Positions 1 through 8,515 of a stretch of DNA of 57,451 bases are shown in pieces. A program made the translations under genes and the position numbers. Positions within the stretch are counted from its first letter, which is position 1. Each line of letters opens with the position of its first letter. Below the pieces are notes generated by a model. The model was given only the letters and a program-made list of their open reading frames with translations. It was not told where the DNA came from and ran no database searches. The stretch is from a virus (taxonomy: Duplodnaviria > Caudoviricetes): positions 1 through 57,451 of IMG/VR virus record IMGVR_UViG_3300027637_000001, one strand, 5' to 3'.

Positions 1-26
1 CCTCACGGAAGGCGTGGCGGGGGAAA

Positions 27-641
27 TCAGGCACAGCTGGTGGCCTCCTCGATCAGTGCGGCGTAGCGGGCCTTGCCGGCGGCCGTCAGGTGGATCCCAT
101 CGGACGGGTCGATGTCGCCCGGCTGCTGCCAGGCGCGCCAGTCGACCACGCAGTCGCCGCGGCGGGCGGCCTCGGCCGTCGCCCACGTCCGGTAGGCGTT
201 GATCCCGGTGATGAACAGCGGGTCGGTGCCGGCGTAGTGGGGGAGCACCCAGGTGACGCCGGTGTCGGGGTGGAAGGTGTCGCGCAGCTGGACCAGCTGG
301 GCCCGGTCGGTGGCGGTGAACCCGTCGCCGTACTCGGGGCCCTTCCCGGTGTGATGGGCGGCGTCGTTGGCGCCGAGCGCGATCACCGCGGTGCGCGGGT
401 TGCGGGCCGGGTCGGCGACCCGCTGGGTGAGGCCGGGCTGGGCGTCCTCCGCCTCCCACCCGAGCATCGAATGGACGTCGTAGCCGTCGAGGTGGTCGTC
501 CAGCAGCGTGGTCATGGTGAGCGAGTCGCCCACGGCCAGGTCGGTGGTCGACGGGGGCGGGCCGCACGCCCACGCGAGGAGCGGCAGGGCCAGCAGCAGG
601 AGGGCGGCGCGTCGAGGTCGGCGGTGTGTGGGGTCGGTCAT
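27..641 (-). CDS. SGNH/GDSL-family hydrolase, predicted lipoprotein
   Basis: Block I VGDSL, block III LGAND, block V DGIH; basic N-terminus, hydrophobic stretch and lipobox-like LAWAC; AAGGAG RBS before ATG 641. Confidence 0.85.
   Translation of the reverse strand: MTDPTHRRPRRAALLLLALPLLAWACGPPPSTTDLAVGDSLTMTTLLDDHLDGYDVHSMLGWEAEDAQPGLTQRVADPARNPRTAVIALGANDAAHHTGKGPEYGDGFTATDRAQLVQLRDTFHPDTGVTWVLPHYAGTDPLFITGINAYRTWATAEAARRGDCVVDWRAWQQPGDIDPSDGIHLTAAGKARYAALIEEATSCA
76..121. repeat. 46-bp exact direct repeat, copy 1
   Basis: ccggcggccgtcaggtggatcccatcggacgggtcgatgtcgcccg is identical to 12988..13033. Confidence 0.95.
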
Positions 642-732
642 GGGGTGGTGCTCCTTGGTCGGGGGTGGTGTGGGCTGGTCCGGGCCCGCCCCGGGGGGGA
701 CCGGACGGGGGACCGCGGACCAGCCGACGCGG

Positions 733-761
733 ACGTTACCGCGGTACGGCGGTAGTGTCCA
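733..761 (-). promoter_or_regulatory. Motif-containing promoter of the SGNH gene
   Basis: TGGACA-17 nt-TAACGT with CGTACCGCGG abutting the -10. Confidence 0.65.
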
Positions 762-1164
762 GCGCGTCGCCCACGAGCACGTCAAGGTCGTAGGCGGCGA
801 CCACCACCGGGCCCGGGGCGTCCTCGACCAGACGGCGGACGTCGGCCCACGTGCCGGCCCACGCCACGCCGGTGGCGGCCCCGTCGGCCACCACGTAGCC
901 GGAGGTCGGGGGGTCGTCGCCGTCGACCGCCAGGAACGCCGCAGCGAGCATCGGGAACGACGACTGATTGCGGCCGGCGCCGGTCGGGAACGCCGACGCC
1001 ACGTGGAACGCGAGGGCCAGACGGATCACCTGGGACGTGCTCCAGCGGCGCCGCGACCCCGAACCGGAGGCGGCCACCTCGGGCTCCGCGCCCGAGCGCA
1101 CGGCGTAGTCCAGCTGTCGGTAGGAGCAGCCGATCAGCTCGCAAACCTCAACGGACGACATCAC
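736..1164 (-). CDS. MerR-like HTH transcriptional regulator (leaderless)
   Basis: EVCELIGCSYRQLDY..SGSGSRRRWS resembles actinobacterial MerR HTH domains; GTG lies 7 nt after TAACGT. Confidence 0.75.
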   Translation of the reverse strand: MMSSVEVCELIGCSYRQLDYAVRSGAEPEVAASGSGSRRRWSTSQVIRLALAFHVASAFPTGAGRNQSSFPMLAAAFLAVDGDDPPTSGYVVADGAATGVAWAGTWADVRRLVEDAPGPVVVAAYDLDVLVGDALDTTAVPR

Positions 1165-1171
1165 ACCGGTA

Positions 1172-1201
1172 ACGTTACCGCGGAACCTACCGGTGTGTCT
1201 A
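1172..1201 (-). promoter_or_regulatory. Motif-containing promoter of the MerR-like gene
   Basis: TAGACA-18 nt-TAACGT, GTTCCGCGG abutting the -10, GTTACCGG overlapping and downstream of it. Confidence 0.65.
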
Positions 1202-1939
1202 CGATGTGTGCCCGTTGCCGTTCCCGCCGTTGCCGGAGAGGGCCGCCGACAGCCGCTCGGGCGCCGACTCCTCACGGGCCGCCCTGATCCCCGCGAGGTG
1301 CTCGGCGATCCGTTCGATGGCCGGGCGGGCGTCCACCACGATCGGACCGCCGCCCTCGCCGGTGTGCTCGACCCGGGTGCGGCCGTAGTCCTCCGGCCAG
1401 CGCGCCGACATCAGCCACCGCACCATGCCGGGATCGGGTGCGGCCTCGATCGTGCGCTCGGTGCGCTCCAGCTCGACCGGGTCGCCCTTGGGCTTGCCGG
1501 CGTCGTCGACCGGCTGGAGGAGCTTCACGGTGGTCTCGGTGCGGGTCCCGCCGCCGTAGGCCAGAGCGTTCGCCGCGCCCCGCAGCCGGGCCCGGGCCTC
1601 GGCTTCGGCCAGCTGCATCTTGCCGGCCAGCTCCATGCAATTCCGCTCGTGGGTCGACATCTCGGAGCGGCGCTTTCGGCCCTCGGTGATCTCGGTGAGG
1701 CACTTCACGCCGACGGAGCGCCAGCGGCGCAGCGTCTCGACCGTGACCCCGACCATCGGGCCGGCGTCGTGCAGGAACGCGCCCTCACGCAGCTCGGCGG
1801 CCACCGCGTCGATCACGTTCTGGCCGACCTGCTCGCCGTCGACCTCGACGTAGCGGACGATCGCCCTCAGGTTCGTCGGCGGGCCCCCAGCACCGGGCCG
1901 GGCGCCACCGCTGTTCGGTCTGGGTCCACCGCGGGGCAT
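1199..1939 (-). CDS. Terminase small subunit
   Basis: N-terminal GGARPGAG, HTH (GVTVETLRRW), WLMSARWPEDYG and VEHTGEGGGPI are typical of TerS. Confidence 0.7.
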   Translation of the reverse strand: MPRGGPRPNSGGARPGAGGPPTNLRAIVRYVEVDGEQVGQNVIDAVAAELREGAFLHDAGPMVGVTVETLRRWRSVGVKCLTEITEGRKRRSEMSTHERNCMELAGKMQLAEAEARARLRGAANALAYGGGTRTETTVKLLQPVDDAGKPKGDPVELERTERTIEAAPDPGMVRWLMSARWPEDYGRTRVEHTGEGGGPIVVDARPAIERIAEHLAGIRAAREESAPERLSAALSGNGGNGNGHTS

Positions 1940-1957
1940 GGGCCGGAGAGTAGCTCC

Positions 1958-2103
1958 GCCCTGCGTAGGGCACACCAGCCGCTGCTCGGGCTCACCGACA
2001 CCGTGCGGCCCGCCAAAGGAGCGAGGGGCGGGCCGGTGTCCGACGAGGGGCGCAGCCTCCCGCACCGTCGTGACCCTTCATGCTGGTGTGCCCTACGCAG
2101 GGC
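1958..2103. repeat. 22-bp perfect inverted repeat enclosing a structured segment
   Basis: gccctgcgtagggcacaccagc (1958-1979) and its reverse complement (2082-2103); partial third copy 2129-2139. Confidence 0.9.
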
Positions 2104-2149
2104 CCGGACCGGTCCGAACGGCCCGGACGCCTGCGTAGGTGGGTGTGGT

Positions 2150-2317
2150 CTACCAGCCGCCCCAGCCGGGGTCGTCCGGGTTCTGGGTCTCCTGCTGGGC
2201 GTCACGGGTCGCCTGGCGGACGGCCTCCGCCTTCTGGGCGGCGTCGGCGAGCGGGTGCTTCCCGGACCCGCCGTACGCCTTCTGGGCGTCCGGGCTCTCG
2301 TCTCCTCGGCCCCACAT
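2150..2317 (-). CDS. Small hypothetical protein (55 aa, MWGRGDESP...GWGGW)
   Basis: GGAGG RBS, GC3-rich codons; below the length cutoff of the ORF track. Confidence 0.6.
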   Translation of the reverse strand: MWGRGDESPDAQKAYGGSGKHPLADAAQKAEAVRQATRDAQQETQNPDDPGWGGW

Positions 2318-2319
2318 CG

Positions 2320-2559
2320 TCAGGCCTCCTCGACCGCGTCGGGGTGGACGTCCAGCTCGACGTCATCGGGGCCGTGCTCCGACTCCCCCTTGACCAGGGT
2401 GTAGCCGGTGACCTGGTAGAGGGCGTCGCCCGGGCCGTCCCCGGCGTCGACCACCTGCCCGTCCATCAGCTGGTAGTAGGCGATGTCGGCGACGCGCTCG
2501 GGGTCGTCGCGGCCGGTGCCGTCCTTGTGGGTCAGCTCCAGCTCCATGGTGATCTTCAT
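2320..2559 (-). CDS. Hypothetical protein
   Basis: AGGAG RBS before ATG 2559; acidic sequence with high GC3. Confidence 0.7.
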   Translation of the reverse strand: MKITMELELTHKDGTGRDDPERVADIAYYQLMDGQVVDAGDGPGDALYQVTGYTLVKGESEHGPDDVELDVHPDAVEEA

Positions 2560-2596
2560 GCGGTTCTCCTGGGGTGGTGTCGGTGCCGGGGTCTCT

Positions 2597-2697
2597 CCCC
2601 GAGCGGGACGCACCAGCGGTAGAGGTCAACAGGGCATGAGGAGACCCTTGCCGGTCGTTTCCTCGCGGCCCTCGTGGCTGGTGCGTCCCGCTCGGGG
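2597..2697. repeat. 21-bp perfect inverted repeat
   Basis: ccccgagcgggacgcaccagc (2597-2617) and gctggtgcgtcccgctcgggg (2677-2697). Confidence 0.9.
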
Positions 2698-2736
2698 CCC
2701 GGACCGTGGCTGGTGGCCCGGGCCCCTCGGCGGGTG

Positions 2737-2925
2737 CTACTTGCGCTTCCCGCCGCCGCGGCGGGCGGCCTGGCGGTCGATGTTCCTGTCCATGCGGGCG
2801 AGCCGCTCCCGGGTCGTCTTCGCGTCGGCACCGGCTTTCGTGTTCTCGATCGCGCGCAGGTCCTCGGCGAACTCCTGGCGGTCGTCCTCGGGGGACGAGG
2901 CGGCGCCGAACACTCCGATGGGCAT
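2737..2925 (-). CDS. Small basic hypothetical protein
   Basis: AGGAG RBS, high GC3. Confidence 0.65.
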   Translation of the reverse strand: MPIGVFGAASSPEDDRQEFAEDLRAIENTKAGADAKTTRERLARMDRNIDRQAARRGGGKRK

Positions 2926-2968
2926 GGGGGGTCTCCTGTCAGGTCGTGATGTGCAGGGGGAGGGTGCC

Positions 2969-3009
2969 CCTCGGGCCCGGACGGGAGGCGGTTCCGCCCG
3001 GGCCCGAGG
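2969..3009 (-). terminator. GC-rich hairpin after the gene ending at 3016
   Basis: cctcgggcccggacgg / ccgcccgggcccgagg stem. Confidence 0.6.
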
Positions 3010-3015
3010 AGCAGA

Positions 3016-3510
3016 TCAGCCGGCGGCGGCCTTGTGCTCGTCGATCGCCAGCATGGCCTCGACCGCCTCGACCGGGGTGTGACCGGCCTGGAACAGCTCG
3101 TCCCACAGCTCGGCCCGGTAGTCGCTCATCACGGCGCCCCGGTGCCGGCGGCGGAGCCACATCTCCGCACTGGCCCACCAGTCGCGGGCGGTGGCGGCGT
3201 CGCGGATCGCCGGGGGAGCGGTGGCCTTGGCGGCGGCGAAGATGGCGTCGGTCGTCGGTGGCCCGAAGCGGAGTTGATCGGCGACCAGCTGACGGGTCTC
3301 CATGCTCGCATCGGTCCACTGGGTGGCCGGGCGCTCGTCGGCGGGCAGGGCCAGCCAGGCAGCGCGAGCGGCCAGCTTCCACCCGGTGTCGGAGAGGCGG
3401 CCGGCCTCGTAGTGGTCGAGGTCGAGGGCCCGGAAGGTGGCGGCGATGGCCGTGGCCTTGCGGTTCTGGTTCCGGGTCTTGGTGTCGGTGTCGGTGTCGG
3501 TGAGGACCAT
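3016..3510 (-). CDS. Leaderless hypothetical protein (MVLTDTDT...)
   Basis: ATG 6 nt after the -10; high GC3. Confidence 0.75.
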   Translation of the reverse strand: MVLTDTDTDTKTRNQNRKATAIAATFRALDLDHYEAGRLSDTGWKLAARAAWLALPADERPATQWTDASMETRQLVADQLRFGPPTTDAIFAAAKATAPPAIRDAATARDWWASAEMWLRRRHRGAVMSDYRAELWDELFQAGHTPVEAVEAMLAIDEHKAAAG

Positions 3511-3516
3511 GCAGGT

Positions 3517-3555
3517 ACGTTACCGCGGTTCGACCGTCAGGTCAAGCGCGGTAAC
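3517..3555 (-). promoter_or_regulatory. Motif-containing leaderless promoter
   Basis: GTTACCGCGC-TTGACC-17 nt ending GAACCGCGG-TAACGT-6 nt-ATG. Confidence 0.85.
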
Positions 3556-3836
3556 GGGATGCCGTCCGCGGCGGCCGGGTTCGTCCACATCAGGTCGACC
3601 AGGCAGCCGACCGGGTCGACCGCCTCGGAGAAGCCCCGGAACGTCGAGGCGGCGGCGCAGGTCGCTATGGCTGTCCCGCTCATGGCGGCGCCCACGGCGA
3701 CGAGGCGGCGGCGGAGCATCCAGGAGCGCACCCAGGCGGCGGCCTCCTGGCGGCGGTACGCGGCGGCGTCGGCGTAGCGGACGTCGGCGAACACCGGCGG
3801 GTCCGGCAGCAGCTGGACGGCGAGGAGGTCGCTCAC
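3537..3836 (-). CDS. Hypothetical protein, possible TM segment
   Basis: GTGA overlap with the helicase stop codon. Confidence 0.55.
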   Translation of the reverse strand: MSDLLAVQLLPDPPVFADVRYADAAAYRRQEAAAWVRSWMLRRRLVAVGAAMSGTAIATCAAASTFRGFSEAVDPVGCLVDLMWTNPAAADGIPLPRLT

Positions 3837-5371
3837 CGGTCGACCTTCGCCATGATCTTGCGGACCGCGCCGCACGCCGACACGTCGAGGTGCTCCCGGG
3901 CCCGGGTCGCCGCCACGTACATCAGACGCAGCTCAGGCGGCGACGGGTCCTGGCCCTCCTCGTCGGGGAAGTCCCCGGCCAGGCGCACCGACGGCCACTC
4001 GCGGCCCTTCGCCTTGTGCGCCGTCGACACCACCACGTCCGCCTCCCGCTCGGCCACCAGCCCGGTGAGGGCGTCCATGACGATCTGGGTGCCGTAGCCG
4101 TCGAGCAGGCGCACCATCGTGCGCAGGTCCGAGCCCGCCGGGTCGTCCTCGACGTAGGCCTGGACCTCACGCCACGTCTCGAAGCACGCGAGGTCGGGGT
4201 GGCCGACCTTCTCGCCGGCCTGGAGCTTCGCCGCAGCGGTGGCGAAGTAGACGATCTCGTCGGTCCCGCCGACCATGTGCGGGTTCAAGCCCAGCGCCTG
4301 GTACTGCAGGAGCGCCTCCACGGCGGCGGCGTTCGTGCGGCACAGCACGGCGTCGGGGCGGGGCGCCGACGCTGGGGTGGTGTGGACCCGGGTGTCCAGC
4401 GACGGGTTGCCCTGCAGGCGGAGCGGGGCGTCGAGCTTGTCGAGTAGGAGGTTCGCGACGTCGGCGACCGCCTGGCCGAAGCGCCACGACTGGGTGAGCG
4501 ACGTCCGGGGGAACGACCCGTCGACCTGGTCGAGGGCGTCGATGGCGCCGCGCCACTCGTAGATTTGCTGGGAGCTGTCGCCCACGTAGCAGACCTGCTG
4601 GCCGCTCTTGGCGGCGTGGAACAGGGCGTCGAGCATCACCGGGGAGGCGTCCTGGGCCTCGTCGAACAGAACGAACTCGCCGGGCACGCCGTAGCGGCCG
4701 AGGTGCCAAAGCTTCACGTAGAGGTCGTGGACGTTGGTCCGGGACCGCAGCTGGGAGTCCTCGGAGACGAGGTCGTCCCAGGCCTTGCGGAGCCACGGGA
4801 CCAGCATGGTGGCCAGCTGACGGTTGTTGCCCCGGCCCCGACGGCCGTCGTCGAGGCGCCGGTCGATGCCCTCCATGTACGGGAAGTGCTGGATCCCGGG
4901 CTCGGCGTCGGCCGAGTTGCAGAACACCCCGACCGCGCGCATGACATGCGACGCGAGCTGGGTTGGTTGGATCACCTTCCGGCGGCGGGACCCGTCCGAC
5001 TGGGGGACCTCGACCACCACGGTCTCGTGGTTCAGGCCGAGGATCTTCGCCGCGGCCCACGGCGCGATGCGGGGCGCCCGGGTGTCGGCCAGGATCCGGC
5101 GGCCGAACCGGTGGTGCTGCTGGACCGCCCGGTAGGCGAGCGAGTGCAGCGTCCGGGCCTCGACGCCCATCGGCATCGCGGCCCCGGCGTCGTTGACGAT
5201 CGCCTTGTTGAACGCCACGTAGGTGCCGGAGGCGTTCCGGGCCCGGGCGGCCATGCCGAGCGTGGTGGTCTTCCCGGAGCCGGCGCCGGCCTGGACGACC
5301 AGGGATCCGCCGTCGGCGAACAGGTCGATGGCCTTCTGCTGCTCGGGGGTCGGGGTGAGGGTGGAGGGCAT
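3833..5371 (-). CDS. UvrD-like SF1 DNA helicase
   Basis: Walker A AGAGSGKT, DEAQD, VGDSSQQIYEWRGA, STAHKAKGREW, YVAATRA. Confidence 0.93.
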   Translation of the reverse strand: MPSTLTPTPEQQKAIDLFADGGSLVVQAGAGSGKTTTLGMAARARNASGTYVAFNKAIVNDAGAAMPMGVEARTLHSLAYRAVQQHHRFGRRILADTRAPRIAPWAAAKILGLNHETVVVEVPQSDGSRRRKVIQPTQLASHVMRAVGVFCNSADAEPGIQHFPYMEGIDRRLDDGRRGRGNNRQLATMLVPWLRKAWDDLVSEDSQLRSRTNVHDLYVKLWHLGRYGVPGEFVLFDEAQDASPVMLDALFHAAKSGQQVCYVGDSSQQIYEWRGAIDALDQVDGSFPRTSLTQSWRFGQAVADVANLLLDKLDAPLRLQGNPSLDTRVHTTPASAPRPDAVLCRTNAAAVEALLQYQALGLNPHMVGGTDEIVYFATAAAKLQAGEKVGHPDLACFETWREVQAYVEDDPAGSDLRTMVRLLDGYGTQIVMDALTGLVAEREADVVVSTAHKAKGREWPSVRLAGDFPDEEGQDPSPPELRLMYVAATRAREHLDVSACGAVRKIMAKVDR

Positions 5372-5411
5372 CGTGGGGGCTCCTATCCAGGGGTGGTGAG
5401 GTGGTGTCGGG

Positions 5412-5762
5412 TCAGGTGCCGTCGCGGCCGCGGCGGGCCTTGAACAGCACCTGACGGACCGACTCGGGGGTGACGTCGAGGTGCTTGGCCACGTCGCCGT
5501 TGGGGACGCCCAAGCTGTTGAGCAGCAGGTAGAGCCGGATCCGGCGCTTGTTCTTCTCGTCGACCGGCTTCATGTACTCGACGATCGCTCGGGCGTCGTC
5601 GAGGAGGCGCTGGACGACAGCGTCGGGGTCGCTCAGGTCGAGGCTGTCGGAGCCGTCCAAGCTGGTGTTGGGGAACAGCTCGGCCAGCTCGGCCAGCTGC
5701 TCCTGGGTGTAGTCGGCCGCGGGCGGGTTGTCGGGGGTGGTGGTCGGGTCGGCGGTCGACAT
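5412..5762 (-). CDS. HTH DNA-binding protein
   Basis: C-terminal GVPNGDVAKHLDVTPESVRQVL HTH pattern. Confidence 0.6.
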   Translation of the reverse strand: MSTADPTTTPDNPPAADYTQEQLAELAELFPNTSLDGSDSLDLSDPDAVVQRLLDDARAIVEYMKPVDEKNKRRIRLYLLLNSLGVPNGDVAKHLDVTPESVRQVLFKARRGRDGT

Positions 5763-5765
5763 CGT

Positions 5766-6167
5766 TCAGCCGAGGGACGTGACGTTGTCGGGCGCCGGGC
5801 CCTCGTCGGGCACGTCCTCGTCGGGCGCATCGGCGGCCTCGTCGAACGGGAGGTGGTGCACCCCGGCGGCCTCCTCGACGCGCTTGCGCTGCTGGTCCAG
5901 CAGCTCGGCCACCTCTTCGGCGCCGATGATCGCGGCGTTCTGGACCTTGAGCACGTGCACCCGTTCCAGCACGGGGGCGTCCTCGTCGATCTTGTCGAAC
6001 CGGACCTTGCGGACCTGGGCCTCGATCACCACGTGCACGGTGTCGTTGTGGTGCAGCTCCAGGTTGTCGACGCGCAGGGCCTTGTTCAGGCCGCCGGACG
6101 CGCCGGGCATCTCGATCCCGGAGGCGACGACGTCGCGTCCGTCGAACTGTGAGAGGGCAGTTGTCAT
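5766..6167 (-). CDS. Hypothetical protein
   Basis: AGGAG RBS, high GC3, acidic tail. Confidence 0.75.
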   Translation of the reverse strand: MTTALSQFDGRDVVASGIEMPGASGGLNKALRVDNLELHHNDTVHVVIEAQVRKVRFDKIDEDAPVLERVHVLKVQNAAIIGAEEVAELLDQQRKRVEEAAGVHHLPFDEAADAPDEDVPDEGPAPDNVTSLG

Positions 6168-6190
6168 GAGGGGGGCTCCTGTCTCGGGGT

Positions 6191-6215
6191 CGTTACCGCG
6201 CTACGTTAGCGCGGT
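6191..6215 (-). promoter_or_regulatory. Motif site and probable -10 upstream of 6167
   Basis: AACCGCGC-TAACGT-AGCGCGGTAACG; no clear -35. Confidence 0.5.
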
Positions 6216-6631
6216 TTGCGGACGGATGCTGGGGCCACCACGCGCCAGGCGTCAATCCACTCCATCGGGGTGAACCCGAACGCCCGGGGTGCGTCCATGG
6301 AGTTGTCGATCCACGACAGGATCAGCTCCCACGGGACCGACGGGTCGAGCACCCACGCGCGGGCCGACGGGATCTCCGACCACATCGACAACACCGCCAG
6401 CTGCTCGGGGCGCAGGCGGCCGTCAGCGGCCTTGACCTCGATCGCCAGGACCCGGGGCTTGCGGATGGCCAACAGGTCCGGCTTGCCCTTCAGGGTGCTG
6501 CCAGTGCGCCACGAGCCGTCATCGGTGCGCAGGGCGTAGGTGTGGTCGACGGCGTAGCCCCGGGTGTGGAGGGCCGCCACCAGCTTGGCCTGGAACAGCT
6601 TCTCCGGCGTCGGCCGGCGGCGGCCCGCCAT
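6206..6631 (-). CDS. VRR-NUC family PD-(D/E)xK nuclease
   Basis: EKLFQ..GKPDLL..IEVK..GRLRPEQ. Confidence 0.85.
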   Translation of the reverse strand: MAGRRRPTPEKLFQAKLVAALHTRGYAVDHTYALRTDDGSWRTGSTLKGKPDLLAIRKPRVLAIEVKAADGRLRPEQLAVLSMWSEIPSARAWVLDPSVPWELILSWIDNSMDAPRAFGFTPMEWIDAWRVVAPASVRKPR

Positions 6632-7059
6632 CAGAACTCGTCGTGAGCGGTGCCGCCGGGATCGACGTGCACGCCGCCGGGGACGATCGGCATGTCGACG
6701 GTGACCTCGACGGCCTCGTCGAGCTTCACGAACGCAGTCCCTCCGACCGCGTTCACCCGGTCGGAGAGACCTCCGGTGGCGTCGAGGAGGGCGGCCCACG
6801 CCTTGCGGGCCTCCTCCTCGGTCGGGTACCGGTCGGTCTCCTTGCGGGGGTCGGGGAAGTTGACGCGCCACCGCTTCCCGGTCGTGACGCCCGGGGGCCG
6901 GCCCCAGACGTCGAGGTCGACCATGTGGCGCTCGACGTCGCAGATCACCAGCGGGCGGCCGTCCGCCGGGCGGTCACCTCTCTCGGCGGCGTCGATGGTC
7001 ATGCCGGGACGCAGGTCGTCAGCCCGCAGCGCTACGCGCATCGTGATCGTGGGGGTCAT
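6631..7059 (-). CDS. Hypothetical protein
   Basis: AGGAG RBS; TGATG coupling to VRR-NUC. Confidence 0.7.
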   Translation of the reverse strand: MTPTITMRVALRADDLRPGMTIDAAERGDRPADGRPLVICDVERHMVDLDVWGRPPGVTTGKRWRVNFPDPRKETDRYPTEEEARKAWAALLDATGGLSDRVNAVGGTAFVKLDEAVEVTVDMPIVPGGVHVDPGGTAHDEF

Positions 7060-7252
7060 GGTTCTCCTGGGGTGGTTCGGTGGTGGATAGATCGACGGGG
7101 TAGCGGCAGCGGACCGCTCCCGGTGCGCCGAGGTCGCCGGCCACGGCGTGAGCCTTGCGGCGCCAGTCCATGGCCACGCGGCCGCCCTTCGCCGGGCGGG
7201 GGTGGAGCAGCGGGACCAGCTGCTTGCACCCCGGGCAGACGGTCCGGCTCAC
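7019..7252 (-). CDS. Small Cys-containing hypothetical protein
   Basis: GTGA coupling, CPGC motif; overlaps the next gene by about 40 nt. Confidence 0.4.
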   Translation of the reverse strand: MSRTVCPGCKQLVPLLHPRPAKGGRVAMDWRRKAHAVAGDLGAPGAVRCRYPVDLSTTEPPQENHDPHDHDARSAAG

Positions 7253-7515
7253 CGGCGGAAGGCGGCGGCGTCCACGCAGGTCGCGTGATGCGGAAGCCGC
7301 AGCGGGACCGTGGACATGAGCGGTGGCTGGGCGTGCACGATCGCCGTCGGCGCCATGGCCGGGTTCGGGTTGGGGACCAGCTCGACGTTGCCCTGGTCGT
7401 CGTCGGGCTCAGCGTCGACCGGCATCGACTTCCCGCCCTCGGTCGTCGCCCAGATGATCGGGGCCTGGCAGCGGGCGCCGCGGCAGTGCTGGACCCGGAA
7501 CGCTGGGTCGGTCAC
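7249..7515 (-). CDS. Phage Zn-binding hypothetical protein
   Basis: CRGARC..IIWATT..GKSMPVD..HHATC, a common phage pattern; GTGA coupling. Confidence 0.75.
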   Translation of the reverse strand: MTDPAFRVQHCRGARCQAPIIWATTEGGKSMPVDAEPDDDQGNVELVPNPNPAMAPTAIVHAQPPLMSTVPLRLPHHATCVDAAAFRR

Positions 7516-7910
7516 AGCGAGCCGCCGGGGCGCTCGTGGGCGATGCGGTCGGCCAGCGGCCACACCTCGGCATAGCCCGACAGCGGGGCGCACGTGGCGA
7601 CGCGCCAGCAGCCCGCCACCGGCCCGCACTCGTGGTGGCACTTCCCGTCGTCCGGGCACTGGCGAGCCGCCCGGGCCGGCGGGAAGTGCCACGCCAGAGC
7701 GTCGGACATCGTCGGGCCGCCGTCGGCGAACGCCTCGCGGGTGGCCTCGTTGAACCGCCATTGGAGGACGGCGTGGTGCCACCAGCGAGCCGGATCGCGC
7801 CGGGTCGGGGCGTCGGTGTTCCAGTTGGCCAGCTCCAGCATCTCGTCGCGGGTGACGACCATGAGGAGCCCGGGCGGGACCCGGTGGCGGGGAAGGGGAG
7901 TCGGGGGCAT
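7512..7910 (-). CDS. Hypothetical protein, Cys/His-rich C-terminus
   Basis: GGAGG RBS; CPDDGKCHHEC..CWRV..C. Confidence 0.65.
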   Translation of the reverse strand: MPPTPLPRHRVPPGLLMVVTRDEMLELANWNTDAPTRRDPARWWHHAVLQWRFNEATREAFADGGPTMSDALAWHFPPARAARQCPDDGKCHHECGPVAGCWRVATCAPLSGYAEVWPLADRIAHERPGGSL

Positions 7911-7926
7911 GTCGGGGGACCTCCGG

Positions 7927-8136
7927 TCAGTCGTCGTGGGTCAGGGGTGTGATGCGGACCGCCCACGCGCGCAGCTGGGCGGCCAGCTCGGCGGCGGCCG
8001 CGTAGCAATCGTCGGCCGACACGCCGAGGGCCTCGGCCGTGCTGGTGTGCGAGTCGAAGTCGTACGCCTCGACCTGCTCGGCGGCGTCGTCAAGCATCGA
8101 CGCCTTCGCGGCCTGGATCCTCTGGCGGCGCGTCAT
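7927..8136 (-). CDS. Hypothetical protein
   Basis: ATGA coupling, GGAGG RBS. Confidence 0.65.
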   Translation of the reverse strand: MTRRQRIQAAKASMLDDAAEQVEAYDFDSHTSTAEALGVSADDCYAAAAELAAQLRAWAVRITPLTHDD

Positions 8137-8363
8137 CGCCACTGCACCTCCAGCGTCCACGTGTCGACGTCAGCGTGGCGCCACCGCCACCGCTCGACCT
8201 CGGCGTAGTCGCGGATCGCCAGGGCCTGCGTCGCCGACATCGTCGAGCGCAGCGGGCCGGCCGGGGTGTCGGCGAGGTCGGTGACGGTCTCGACCGTGAA
8301 CCCGAGCCACGTGGTCCGGTGGGTGGTCGACCGGATGACGTGGGCGGCGGTGTCCCAGGTCAC
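8133..8363 (-). CDS. Hypothetical protein
   Basis: GTGA coupling, high GC3. Confidence 0.55.
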   Translation of the reverse strand: MTWDTAAHVIRSTTHRTTWLGFTVETVTDLADTPAGPLRSTMSATQALAIRDYAEVERWRWRHADVDTWTLEVQWR

Positions 8364-8515
8364 CACAGCCACACGATCAGACGGCCGACCACCGAGGCCA
8401 CCGAGCAGACGGTGGCGACGGCCGATAGCACCAGGCCGCGGCGGATCGCTCGGCGCTGGGCGGCGAGGTCACGGCGAAGGTCGGTCACGTCGTCAGCCAG
8501 GGAACGCCCGGTCAT
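8360..8515 (-). CDS. Small membrane protein (51 aa)
   Basis: MTGRSLADD..GLVLSAVATVCSVASVVGRLIVWLW; coupled at both ends; not in the ORF track. Confidence 0.55.
   Translation of the reverse strand: MTGRSLADDVTDLRRDLAAQRRAIRRGLVLSAVATVCSVASVVGRLIVWLW

Noticed and set aside
2636-2706. HDV-like ribozyme fold on the plus strand (UCCUCGC loop, possible P1, P1.1 and P2)
   Set aside because: J4/2 lacks the conserved adenines, P3 needs two G-U pairs, and it is antisense to the local genes; an RNArobo or Infernal search would settle it
2709-2716. GCTGGTGG Chi site
   Set aside because: It is an enterobacterial RecBCD signal with no relevance to an actinobacterial host, and no enrichment is evident
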